IMG/VR virus record: IMGVR_UViG_3300037286_000119
Span: 1 to 54,697 of that record
Strand: one strand, 5' to 3'
Length of the DNA: 54,697 nucleotides
Origin: a virus
Lineage: Duplodnaviria; Caudoviricetes
Part shown: one piece after another, positions 9,573 to 17,675 of the stretch
Layout: each line of letters starts with the position of its first letter
Numbering within the stretch: position 1 is the stretch's first letter
Notes under the pieces: model-generated
The model's input: the letters and a program-made list of their open reading frames with translations, nothing else
What the model was told of the DNA's origin: nothing
Databases searched by the model: none
Program-made: the position numbers and the translations under genes

Positions 9573-9611
9573 GACAGTCTCCTTTTTGTTATGGGGTGTT
9601 TTTATTGAATA

Positions 9612-10253
9612 TCACTGTATATTTTTTGATTTGTTCTTGAATCCATCGTTCATTTTCAGACCAATTGAAGTATGAAAAAGAGGAAAGCCCACGAGAAGTA
9701 GAAGATTTATAAGACTTGATATATCCATTCGCTCTATCATTATACCCACAAAACAAAAGATTACCGTATATATTTGAGCAAATAGCATGGCCAGCATTGT
9801 TCCAGTTGCGTCTGGTCCATCATATTTTGCCATATAAGAAAGCGGAAACATTGCCGTAGAATAGCCAAATAGAAGAAACGGAACAAGATTGTGCCCATCA
9901 GATTGCCTTACAAACATGGTAACGATAATTAATATCCAAAAAGCAATGATGCAATAATTGATAAAAGAACCGATAAAGCCAATGATTCTTGGGAATAAAG
10001 GAATTCCACGCTGCCCAAGTTTCATTCCAAGCAAGCTAATTCCGGTGCCAGGTAAAAGTATTAATGAAAAAAGTAGTGCAGGAAAAAAAACTGTGAGACC
10101 AAAACCAATCAGTACAAGTTTCCATTTTCCAAGAATTAGTAACCATATACCACCGACAATGCCTGAAGAAAAATTTAAAAGAAACAGTGGAATTGTCAGC
10201 ACAATTGCTACGGCGCCTAACGCATCAATTATGCTTTCTTGTATCTTTCCCAT
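9612..10253 (-). CDS. Multi-pass membrane protein (moron)
   Basis: About 6-7 hydrophobic segments, AT-rich; start at MGKIQ with GGGAG RBS. Confidence 0.75.
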   Translation of the reverse strand: MGKIQESIIDALGAVAIVLTIPLFLLNFSSGIVGGIWLLILGKWKLVLIGFGLTVFFPALLFSLILLPGTGISLLGMKLGQRGIPLFPRIIGFIGSFINYCIIAFWILIIVTMFVRQSDGHNLVPFLLFGYSTAMFPLSYMAKYDGPDATGTMLAMLFAQIYTVIFCFVGIMIERMDISSLINLLLLVGFPLFHTSIGLKMNDGFKNKSKNIQ

Positions 10254-10286
10254 AATCACTCCCGAATACATTGGATAAATACTTCC

Positions 10287-10679
10287 CTATCCAGCATCCT
10301 CCCTGAAATATCGTTTATAAAAATTCCCGGAAGCCGCCAGTAAAAACCGCTTGCGCTTGGACCGGTCAGCCGGGTTGTCATACACCTCATGAACGGCAAC
10401 CATTGAATTATCTATTTTCTGAATCAGCCACAAAAAAGCAAAGTCCCCAACAGAATACGAATGCCATGTATGGCCGTTTTCAAAAGCCCTTCGGATGGCC
10501 TGGGCGGTTGACACTGATTCCCCCGGCGGCATGAATTCCAGGATACTTTTTCCCATGATCGAGCTTTTATCAAATGCATCCATGCTCTCCTGTCTTGAAA
10601 AAGTGAGCCTTAAATCATGATCGAAATAATGAACATTGTAACCATAGCCGGACCTCAGCGGGATCGTGGCCGCTTCCAC
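10287..10679 (-). CDS. Stand-alone PAS-like domain (possibly fused to the repressor by -1 frameshift)
   Basis: VHYFDHDLRLTF...IMGKSILEFMPP...AIRRAFENG matches the PAS_4-type pattern; starts 2 nt after repressor stop. Confidence 0.65.
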   Translation of the reverse strand: MEAATIPLRSGYGYNVHYFDHDLRLTFSRQESMDAFDKSSIMGKSILEFMPPGESVSTAQAIRRAFENGHTWHSYSVGDFAFLWLIQKIDNSMVAVHEVYDNPADRSKRKRFLLAASGNFYKRYFREDAG

Positions 10680-10681
10680 AC

Positions 10682-11161
10682 TTATTCCCCCTGGGCCTCC
10701 GCCGGGGGTTGGGGTTCGCTTTTTAACGTTTTCACTTTGCCCTTTATTCTACCGACAATAGCATAAAACTCTTCACTATTAAGCTGTTCAAGCTCTATCA
10801 GGTTTTGGTTTACTTCATACCCAGCCACCTTGTCTTTAAATTTTAAAGTTAACGCCTGGTGGTCTTGTTCGATTTTGTCGAAGGCATATATATTATTTTC
10901 TGCCTTCTTGCCATCTATTATATTTTTCCCTAATTGTAAAAAAGATAAATAGGTGTGCCCGCATACGTTAGCTATTTTGGTTTGGCTTTCAAAAGGGATA
11001 GGCTTTTCCCTTTTTGGGTTTAAATACCGGCTGATAGTCCCCTCTTCCGTTTTTAACCCGAGGGCCAATATTTTTTGGGCTGGGTCTTTGTTTTTTTTCT
11101 TCTCAGCAACCCAACCGTTTAGAGCCGCCATAAAATATTTATATGCAAGATCTTCTTCCAT
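10682..11161 (-). CDS. CI-like repressor (HTH, no S24 peptidase domain)
   Basis: QKILALGLKTEEGTISRYLN HTH; divergent from cro-like gene. Confidence 0.75.
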   Translation of the reverse strand: MEEDLAYKYFMAALNGWVAEKKKNKDPAQKILALGLKTEEGTISRYLNPKREKPIPFESQTKIANVCGHTYLSFLQLGKNIIDGKKAENNIYAFDKIEQDHQALTLKFKDKVAGYEVNQNLIELEQLNSEEFYAIVGRIKGKVKTLKSEPQPPAEAQGE

Positions 11162-11189
11162 AATTAGAGCCCTATACCATCCAGTCTAA

Positions 11190-11258
11190 ATTAGGAAATA
11201 AAAAAACTTGTCAATAAGACAATTTTTTATTGACATATACTTTCCGATATGACAAGTT
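11190..11258. promoter_or_regulatory. Lysis/lysogeny switch region of prophage 1 with candidate operators
   Basis: Divergent TTGACA boxes (11209-11214 minus, 11230-11235 plus); palindrome TTGTC-N5-GACAA at 11208-11222, a related site at 11241-11255; inverted repeat AACTTGTCA/TGACAAGTT. Confidence 0.6.
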
Positions 11259-11480
11259 ATGACCATGGAACCCATAAAACAAAACATAGCGGCTCAGAAA
11301 TTAAAAATATCTGAAGGGCATCTAAGCCATATATTAGCAGGGAATAGAAATTGTGGCCCCAGGCTTGCAAAACAACTTTCCGAAATGACAAGAACTACCA
11401 TAGAAACATGGCTGTTTAATTCAAAAAAAAATATATCAACCAGACAACGGGCCTTCGACCAGCTCAAGGGGGCCGCATAA
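11259..11480 (+). CDS. Cro-like HTH protein
   Basis: QNIAAQKLKISEGHLSHILAGNR XRE HTH, 73 aa. Confidence 0.8.
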   Translation: MTMEPIKQNIAAQKLKISEGHLSHILAGNRNCGPRLAKQLSEMTRTTIETWLFNSKKNISTRQRAFDQLKGAA

Positions 11481-11524
11481 GATGAATTTTTCATATTTTA
11501 ATAATATCTCCCCCAACGACCAAC

Positions 11525-12016
11525 TTGAAGGCCGAAATGAATAGGGAAACGACCACGGCGCATATAGGGACCTGGCAGTTTTTTTCATCCTGTATTGAGA
11601 TTTTTAAGCCCCTGTCCTCAACCGGCGGCAAAGGCTACCTCTCAAAGCTTTTTAATGTGTCAACCCGGCAAATTGAGCGATGGTCTTGCGATCCGGATTT
11701 CTCGGAAAGCTCACAACGCAACCCCATGGACAAATATGAAATGGCCCTGAAACGCCTTGTTGAACTCGGGCGCAAGGATATGGCTATCGGAGCCGTCAAC
11801 CGGCAGGCTGAAATAATAGGCTGTGTCCTGACGTGCGCCGGTGCGGAGCCTGACAAGGCAAGTGTTGCGGATGAGCTTTTGGATGATCTGCCGGCCGTGT
11901 CCGCTCTTCACAATTCCATCAGGGAAAACAGAGACATCCAGGAGGTCCGGGAAAACCTGACCAAGGCCCTGGATGAGATCCGGCAGAGTTATGAAATTTT
12001 TGTAAGGCAAATATGA
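11525..12016 (+). CDS. CII-like phage regulatory protein
   Basis: HTH LSKLFNVSTRQIERW followed by NPMD; position after cro; start may be at 11537. Confidence 0.6.
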   Translation: MKAEMNRETTTAHIGTWQFFSSCIEIFKPLSSTGGKGYLSKLFNVSTRQIERWSCDPDFSESSQRNPMDKYEMALKRLVELGRKDMAIGAVNRQAEIIGCVLTCAGAEPDKASVADELLDDLPAVSALHNSIRENRDIQEVRENLTKALDEIRQSYEIFVRQI

Positions 12017-12188
12017 AATCAAGCTCCCCCGTTCCGGGTTTTGCAACCGGCTACGGCCAACAGCACAAGGGCGGGAAGGCTGAGATAGAGGCAAAGCAGA
12101 AGTTAAAATTTAATTTTAGGGAGGGTCTTGGGGGTTCTGTGACGGGATTCCAAGACCCCAAAAGGAGTGATTTTTAAAGGAGGCTAAA

Positions 12189-12317
12189 ATGCTCGAAGAA
12201 TACCAGAAGGCTGAAAAATTTTCAGAAAGGCTTATAAAAATTTTACCCTGGGGATTATTGTTTTTTCTCTCCGGGCTGTTTGCCGGGTACGCCTGGGCAC
12301 TGAAGCATTTCACATGA
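12189..12317 (+). CDS. Small membrane peptide (42 aa; not in ORF track)
   Basis: AAGGAGG RBS; MLEEYQKAEKFSERLIKILPWGLLFFLSGLFAGYAWALKHFT; ATGA overlap with next gene. Confidence 0.6.
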   Translation: MLEEYQKAEKFSERLIKILPWGLLFFLSGLFAGYAWALKHFT

Positions 12318-12664
12318 AAGACCACCACGATCTCACAAAGCTCAAAAATGCCTACATCCAGAAGTGCAAAGAGCTTGAAACTGCCCTTTCTGAGTATAAG
12401 GCATTTGCAGAGGATGCAGCCGCAAAAGAACGGGTTTATTTGATAGCCAAATCTCAGTCTATTTTGAGGCTGAAGCAAGCGGGCCAGCCCGTGACGTTGA
12501 TACCTGCTTTGGCAAAAGGGGAGGCTGCAAGTCACAGATTTGACTATCACGTCGCCGATGCTGTTTTTAGCGCTTGTAAGGAGAATATCAAGAGGCTTCA
12601 TGCCAATCTTGATGCCTATCGCTCTTTACTCTCAGTTGCGAAATCTGAGATGGAGGTCAGATGA
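12314..12664 (+). CDS. Hypothetical coiled-coil phage protein
   Basis: 116-aa helical ORF coupled in the rightward operon. Confidence 0.65.
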   Translation: MKDHHDLTKLKNAYIQKCKELETALSEYKAFAEDAAAKERVYLIAKSQSILRLKQAGQPVTLIPALAKGEAASHRFDYHVADAVFSACKENIKRLHANLDAYRSLLSVAKSEMEVR

Positions 12665-12787
12665 AAAAGAAAACACCTCAATTCAACAAGACAACGCTCG
12701 ATTATTTAAAGCGGCATATCCGGGAAACCTCAAGGTCTGAAAAGGAATATCAATTCAGGGTCCAGGAGCTTGCAAGGCGGTTGAATA

Positions 12788-13603
12788 ATGGCAAGAAGTA
12801 GGATGATTAAGCCTGAGTTTTGGGATGATGAGAAAGTTGCAATAAATACAAGCAGAGACGCACGCCTTTTGTTCATAGGCCTTTGGAATCATTCTGACGA
12901 CTATGGAGTTGTAAAAGGAAATTCTGGGTGGTTAAAAAACCACATATTTGCCTATGAGGACTCACTGAGTATTCAAGAATTTGATCGATGGCTCACTGAG
13001 TTGGAAAAAATAAAATGTATTCTCCCTTTTTTAAGTAACGGTGAAAAGTATTATTTTATAAGGACTTTCTTAAATCATCAAAAGGTAAATCGCCCATCAA
13101 AACAAAGAAACCCGGCACCTCCAAAACATTTTCTTGAGGGCTCAGTGAGTGCTCATGGAATATTCACTGACGAAACAGAAACAGAAACAGAAACAGAAAC
13201 AGAAACAGAATATATCCCCGGCAAGCCGGGGCCTGAAAATTCTGAAATCAAATCAAAAGGCTATAAAGCTCAGACTATAGAGTATTTCACATCTATCAAA
13301 GAAAAATGCTCAAAGATAGAATCCCTTCCTGTCAATGGTCTTGATCCTATAAATCCCCACAAATGGGTACAAGTACAGGTCAATGAAAAAGTTCATCCAG
13401 GTGCTATTGATCTTGCTCTCGGAAGATTGATTGAGCGATGGGACAAGGTGGATCGCACGCGCTTTGGTTTTTTAACCAAGATAGTCAAGATAGAATCTGG
13501 AAATTTCAATGAAAAAGAGGCAATCGAAATTCATAAAAAATTGAAAAAATTAATGCCTGATCAGTTGTTGTCTCTGACCAGGGGATTGCTAAAGGAAATG
13601 TGA
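12788..13603 (+). CDS. Phage replication initiator (replisome organizer type)
   Basis: MARSRMIKPEFWDDEK...ARLLFIGLWNHSDDYG...FLNHQKVNRPS and ETETET linker typical of this family. Confidence 0.8.
   Translation: MARSRMIKPEFWDDEKVAINTSRDARLLFIGLWNHSDDYGVVKGNSGWLKNHIFAYEDSLSIQEFDRWLTELEKIKCILPFLSNGEKYYFIRTFLNHQKVNRPSKQRNPAPPKHFLEGSVSAHGIFTDETETETETETETEYIPGKPGPENSEIKSKGYKAQTIEYFTSIKEKCSKIESLPVNGLDPINPHKWVQVQVNEKVHPGAIDLALGRLIERWDKVDRTRFGFLTKIVKIESGNFNEKEAIEIHKKLKKLMPDQLLSLTRGLLKEM
13172..13210 (+). repeat. (GAAACA)6 tandem repeat encoding the ET linker of the initiator
   Basis: gaaacagaaacagaaacagaaacagaaacagaaacagaa seen directly. Confidence 0.9.
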
Positions 13604-14271
13604 AGGCAGAGAGAATAGAAATGCCCAAGAAATGTACAAAACTCATCCTAAAAACCCAGGGCCGGGCCCGGACCGTTGCAAAAGGCATGTCCATCAAATC
13701 CGGTGAGCCATTCGACACATACTATTGCAAAATTTGCGAGGGCTGGCATGTCGGGCACTCTGCAAAAAAGAGAACGGCTATTTTGAAAAAGCAGATTATG
13801 GAAAACAATTCAGCGGTCCTTGGTATTGATCCAGGAAAAACAGGGGCCATGGCGCTCATTTGTGGCAAACATTTAGAGATTCACGACTTCAAGAATACAC
13901 TTGCCTCACAAAAGGTTTTATCGGTCTTAAAAGGCAAATTTTCGATTAAATTTTGTATTCTGGAAAAAGTCTGGCTCCGGGCAGATGAGAGGGATGTGAA
14001 AAAAGCCGAAACGCTCATCAGAAATGCTCAGATGTGGGAAGATTTATTAACCCTGAACGGTATTGATTATGAAAAATACGCACCTGATACTTGGCGTAAA
14101 GGGTTGGTGCCTGCTGCCGGCAGCAAGGAGAGGATGACCCAGAAAGCAATTCAACTTTTCCCGCTTTATGAAAAAGAATTTTACCGGCATGACCGGGCGG
14201 AAGCGGCGCTTATGGCATACAGGGCACAGAGGCATATTGAGGCAGGTAGGCCCACGAGGTTGGTGGCGTGA
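13600..14271 (+). CDS. RuvC-like Holliday junction resolvase with N-terminal zinc-ribbon extension
   Basis: VLGIDPGKTGA, LEKV, PDTWRK, HDRAEAAL; N-terminal YYCKICEGWHVGH. Confidence 0.75.
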   Translation: MKAERIEMPKKCTKLILKTQGRARTVAKGMSIKSGEPFDTYYCKICEGWHVGHSAKKRTAILKKQIMENNSAVLGIDPGKTGAMALICGKHLEIHDFKNTLASQKVLSVLKGKFSIKFCILEKVWLRADERDVKKAETLIRNAQMWEDLLTLNGIDYEKYAPDTWRKGLVPAAGSKERMTQKAIQLFPLYEKEFYRHDRAEAALMAYRAQRHIEAGRPTRLVA

Positions 14272-14392
14272 TGAAAACAATATCTTGTTTATATCTTGCA
14301 ATAGTTTCCTTTATGGCTTGGTTTTTATGGCCGGTGATTGTTTCATGGGTGTGCTGCGGTCAAAAGATTTTGGTATTTTAATGGGGGCTTGA

Positions 14393-14650
14393 ATGACAGA
14401 AATAAACTGCGGGGAGTGCGGGAGGTATCGTAGGGATGATTGCAGGCCTGATATCTGTAAGCCGGGCGGTCTCTTTAAACTCTTTCTCGACCCAATGACA
14501 GATCCTAAAAATTATTGCTACCTATGCGGCCAACGATTAAAGAGGTCCCATACCGACAAATATTCGCCAGAATATAGAGAGATAGACCTGGCTTGCCCCG
14601 TCCATGGTAAGGTTGGTAAGCTATGTGAGCAGTTTGTAAAAATTCAATAA
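14393..14650 (+). CDS. Small Cys-rich hypothetical protein
   Basis: CGEC, CYLC, CPVHG motifs. Confidence 0.55.
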   Translation: MTEINCGECGRYRRDDCRPDICKPGGLFKLFLDPMTDPKNYCYLCGQRLKRSHTDKYSPEYREIDLACPVHGKVGKLCEQFVKIQ

Positions 14651-14755
14651 ATAAATCAACTCCATTTTCCGAAAAATGGAGGATGTTTTTCTTTTAATAT
14701 TTTAAAATATCCTGGACTATAGGCCATTCGAAGCAAATTTTATGAGGCTGAAAGA

Positions 14756-15268
14756 ATGGCTGAGCAGGGAGAAAACAAGGATAATAGGCTTACCCCACAA
14801 GGAAGGAAAAACTATGTAAAGTTATTCGATTTTTTATCCGACCCGGACAAAGATTGGCCAAAGCGATCCGATTATTCTCAACTTGTCTTAAAATACAAAA
14901 AACCCCACCAAATTTATTCAACCTTAACTCCCCAAATCATTACCGAAATAGAGATTAAGGCAAGCGATGTTCGTTTAGAGCGTTCATCAGGGCGAAGAAT
15001 GAAGGTCAGGGATGCACTTTATGAAAGGGCAATTGGCTATAGCCATCCAGATGTCCATATAATTACCAACAGGATTAAAACTATAAACTTAGACGGATCT
15101 ATCACAGAACAAACCGAGCCGTTGATTGTCCCCATTAAAAAACATTACCCTCCTGATCCTGTCTCAGGGCGAGAATACCTGGATCGCATAGAGGGCAAGG
15201 TAAAAGAGGTTAGAGATATCAACCTCAAAACAACCCTGGAGGATTTGATTGTGGGGCCTGATGAGTAA
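14756..15268 (+). CDS. terS: Terminase small subunit
   Basis: VRDALYERAIGYSHPD...KKHYPPDP motif; directly upstream of large subunit. Confidence 0.8.
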   Translation: MAEQGENKDNRLTPQGRKNYVKLFDFLSDPDKDWPKRSDYSQLVLKYKKPHQIYSTLTPQIITEIEIKASDVRLERSSGRRMKVRDALYERAIGYSHPDVHIITNRIKTINLDGSITEQTEPLIVPIKKHYPPDPVSGREYLDRIEGKVKEVRDINLKTTLEDLIVGPDE

Positions 15269-16706
15269 ATCTAAACAGGCAAACGCAAAAATTCTATCTT
15301 GGCGGGAATCCCCCGCTCAATACGTCCATGATAATTTTGCTGTTGACCCGGATAAGTGGCAGATTGAAGCTCTTAATAGCCTTGGAGGGAGCGGATATAA
15401 TCCACAACGGAGATTGTGCCTCAAGGCATGCACCGGTCCGGGGAAATCGGCTGTTCTGGCCTGGAACGGTTGGCATCGCCTGACTTGCTTTGCCGGAAGA
15501 GGGGAACATCCAAAAGGGGCGGCTTTATCAATTACCCGTGAAAATCTTAGAGACAATTTATGGACAGAGCTTGCAAAATGGCAATCAAGGAGTGAATTTT
15601 TAAAGACCTGTTTCACTTGGACCAAGGAACGGATTTACAGTAATGATCATTCAGAGACATGGTTTTTATCGGCTCGATCTTTTGCAAAAGATGCAGATGA
15701 GGACGCAATAGGAAGGGCTTTGTCCGGCCTGCATAGCAAATTCCCCTTTATTCTCCTTGATGAAATAGGAGATATGCCAATCCCTGTTATCAAAGCTGCT
15801 GAACAGATTTTTACCGGATCGCCGATTGATGCTTTAATCCTGGCAGCCGGGAACCCAACGAGTTCAGACGGCCTTTTGTATCATCTCTGTAATAAACTTA
15901 GGCATCTTTATCACGTCATCACCATTACGGCAGATCCTGAAGATCCCAATAGGACAGCTCGGGTTGATATCGAACTGGCAAGGCAACAGATCAAAGAATA
16001 TGGCCGAGATAATCCATGGGTTATGGCAACCATTCTCGGATTATTTCCGTCTGTTGGTTTCCGTAATCTTTTGGGCATTGAAGAGGTTGAGGCCGCGATG
16101 AATCGGAAATACGAACCAGGGAAATTCTCTTTTGCTCCCATGATTGTCGGGGTTGATGTTGCCAGGGAAGGAGATGATAAAACCGTAATTTTCCCACGCC
16201 AGGGCCTTTCCGCATTTCCACCCACAGCCCTTAGGAGTGCAAAATCTCATGAGGTAGGCGGAGCCGTGGCGATCCGTGAGGATGAGTTAAAGAGCGATGC
16301 CACGATTGTTGATGGTACTGGCGGATGGGGTTCCGGTGTTATTGATTGGTTGTCACAAATCGGCAGATCCCCGATGGATTGTCAATTTGCCGGGAAAGCG
16401 GATGACCCCAAATATGCAAACAAACGGGCAGAAATATGGTTCAAGATGGCTGATTGGATCAAAAAAGGCGGGTCTTTGCCCAGGGTTGATGCTTTGATAG
16501 CTGAATTAACCACGCCAACATACACATTCAAGGGTGACAAGTTTTTGATTGAGCCTAAAGAAGATATTAAAAAGCGTCTTGGCAGGAGCCCGGATTATGC
16601 GGATGCGCTGGCCGTCACCTTCGCCTTTGAAATTGTTAAGAGCCTGAGGTCTACATCAAACCAAAGCCGGGGCGGAACAGATTACGATCCGTTGGGACAC
16701 CTATGA
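15261..16706 (+). CDS. terL: Terminase large subunit
   Basis: Walker A ACTGPGKS, Walker B ILLDE, GNPT coupling motif, nuclease VGVDVAREGDD and SPDYADAL. Confidence 0.93.
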   Translation: MSKSKQANAKILSWRESPAQYVHDNFAVDPDKWQIEALNSLGGSGYNPQRRLCLKACTGPGKSAVLAWNGWHRLTCFAGRGEHPKGAALSITRENLRDNLWTELAKWQSRSEFLKTCFTWTKERIYSNDHSETWFLSARSFAKDADEDAIGRALSGLHSKFPFILLDEIGDMPIPVIKAAEQIFTGSPIDALILAAGNPTSSDGLLYHLCNKLRHLYHVITITADPEDPNRTARVDIELARQQIKEYGRDNPWVMATILGLFPSVGFRNLLGIEEVEAAMNRKYEPGKFSFAPMIVGVDVAREGDDKTVIFPRQGLSAFPPTALRSAKSHEVGGAVAIREDELKSDATIVDGTGGWGSGVIDWLSQIGRSPMDCQFAGKADDPKYANKRAEIWFKMADWIKKGGSLPRVDALIAELTTPTYTFKGDKFLIEPKEDIKKRLGRSPDYADALAVTFAFEIVKSLRSTSNQSRGGTDYDPLGHL

Positions 16707-17194
16707 AAAAGTATTATTTCAACCATGTTGCCCATTTGACTGATGATGAAGTCGGCAATCTGTTTGATTCTATGTCTGATCAAAAGATGTTTGATATCGT
16801 GTTTTATGTGCAAAAGATGGACAAATATGCCTTTATTTTGTTTGCCAGGAACCCTGCAAACTGGATGATAGAGATCAAAAACAGCTCAGGTAAAACCTGC
16901 GGGTTCTTTTGGTTGAATGGCTTTTACGGCAAAGCGGCTATGATCCATTTCTGTATCTGGAAAACCGTCGAAGACAAGATCGAGGTCGGGAAAGAAGCCC
17001 TGGCCTGGCTCAAAAAGACTGGATCATTTGACAGCCTGTATGGCCTGACACCCAAGCCATACCGTCACGTCAAGGATTTCGCCGTGGCTATCGGGTTTAA
17101 AATCACCGGAGAGTTAAACGGGGCGTGCTATCTCAAAAGCAGAGACAGGCACGTTCCTGGATTTATATCAATCATTAATTTGGGAGATAAATAA
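16703..17194 (+). CDS. GNAT-fold virion assembly protein (putative)
   Basis: CGFFWL...IHFC...LYGLTP...GFKITG resembles GNAT-like podovirus proteins. Confidence 0.55.
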   Translation: MKKYYFNHVAHLTDDEVGNLFDSMSDQKMFDIVFYVQKMDKYAFILFARNPANWMIEIKNSSGKTCGFFWLNGFYGKAAMIHFCIWKTVEDKIEVGKEALAWLKKTGSFDSLYGLTPKPYRHVKDFAVAIGFKITGELNGACYLKSRDRHVPGFISIINLGDK

Positions 17195-17409
17195 TGGGGT
17201 TAGGAAAAGCGGCAACTCCATCGGCAACATCGGCAACATCGGCCACCGTCCCGGAAGCCGATCCTGTCCCGACGCCTGAAGCAACTCAAGAGCCGACGGC
17301 AAAGGCGGTGCGGGATGAAGAGGCCAGGAAATTGAGAGAGAAGAGAGGTTATTCTGGGACTATCTTGACCTCACCTCTCGGCACTGATCAGAAAACACTT
17401 TTAGGATAG
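17194..17409 (+). CDS. Small virion assembly protein, paralog 1
   Basis: MG start, Pro/Ala-rich, C-terminus SGTILTSPLGTDQKTLLG; upstream of portal. Confidence 0.7.
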   Translation: MGLGKAATPSATSATSATVPEADPVPTPEATQEPTAKAVRDEEARKLREKRGYSGTILTSPLGTDQKTLLG

Positions 17410-17418
17410 GGGTAAGAT

Positions 17419-17670
17419 ATGGGCGGAGGGAAAAAACCAGCAGAGACCGTGGCAACACCATCAGCGGAACCAGTGGCGGAACCAGTGGCGGCAGCGGAAG
17501 AAAAAAAAGAAACGAAGGCTGTTAAAAAACCGACATATGAAAGCGAGCGGGAACCGACATCAAAATCAGCGAGAGATTCCGAGGCTACCACCAGGCGCCG
17601 GGGATCATCCGGTAATATTTTAACCAATCCGCTCGGGACGGCTCCCGGCAGCAAAACAATTTTGGGATAA
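17419..17670 (+). CDS. Small virion assembly protein, paralog 2
   Basis: C-terminus SGNILTNPLGTAPGSKTILG homologous to previous gene. Confidence 0.7.
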   Translation: MGGGKKPAETVATPSAEPVAEPVAAAEEKKETKAVKKPTYESEREPTSKSARDSEATTRRRGSSGNILTNPLGTAPGSKTILG

Positions 17671-17675
17671 ATAAA

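Noticed and set aside
13172-13210. GAAACA repeat as contingency locus or mini-CRISPR
   Set aside because: In-frame hexamer encoding the ET linker that is routine in phage replication initiators; no spacers
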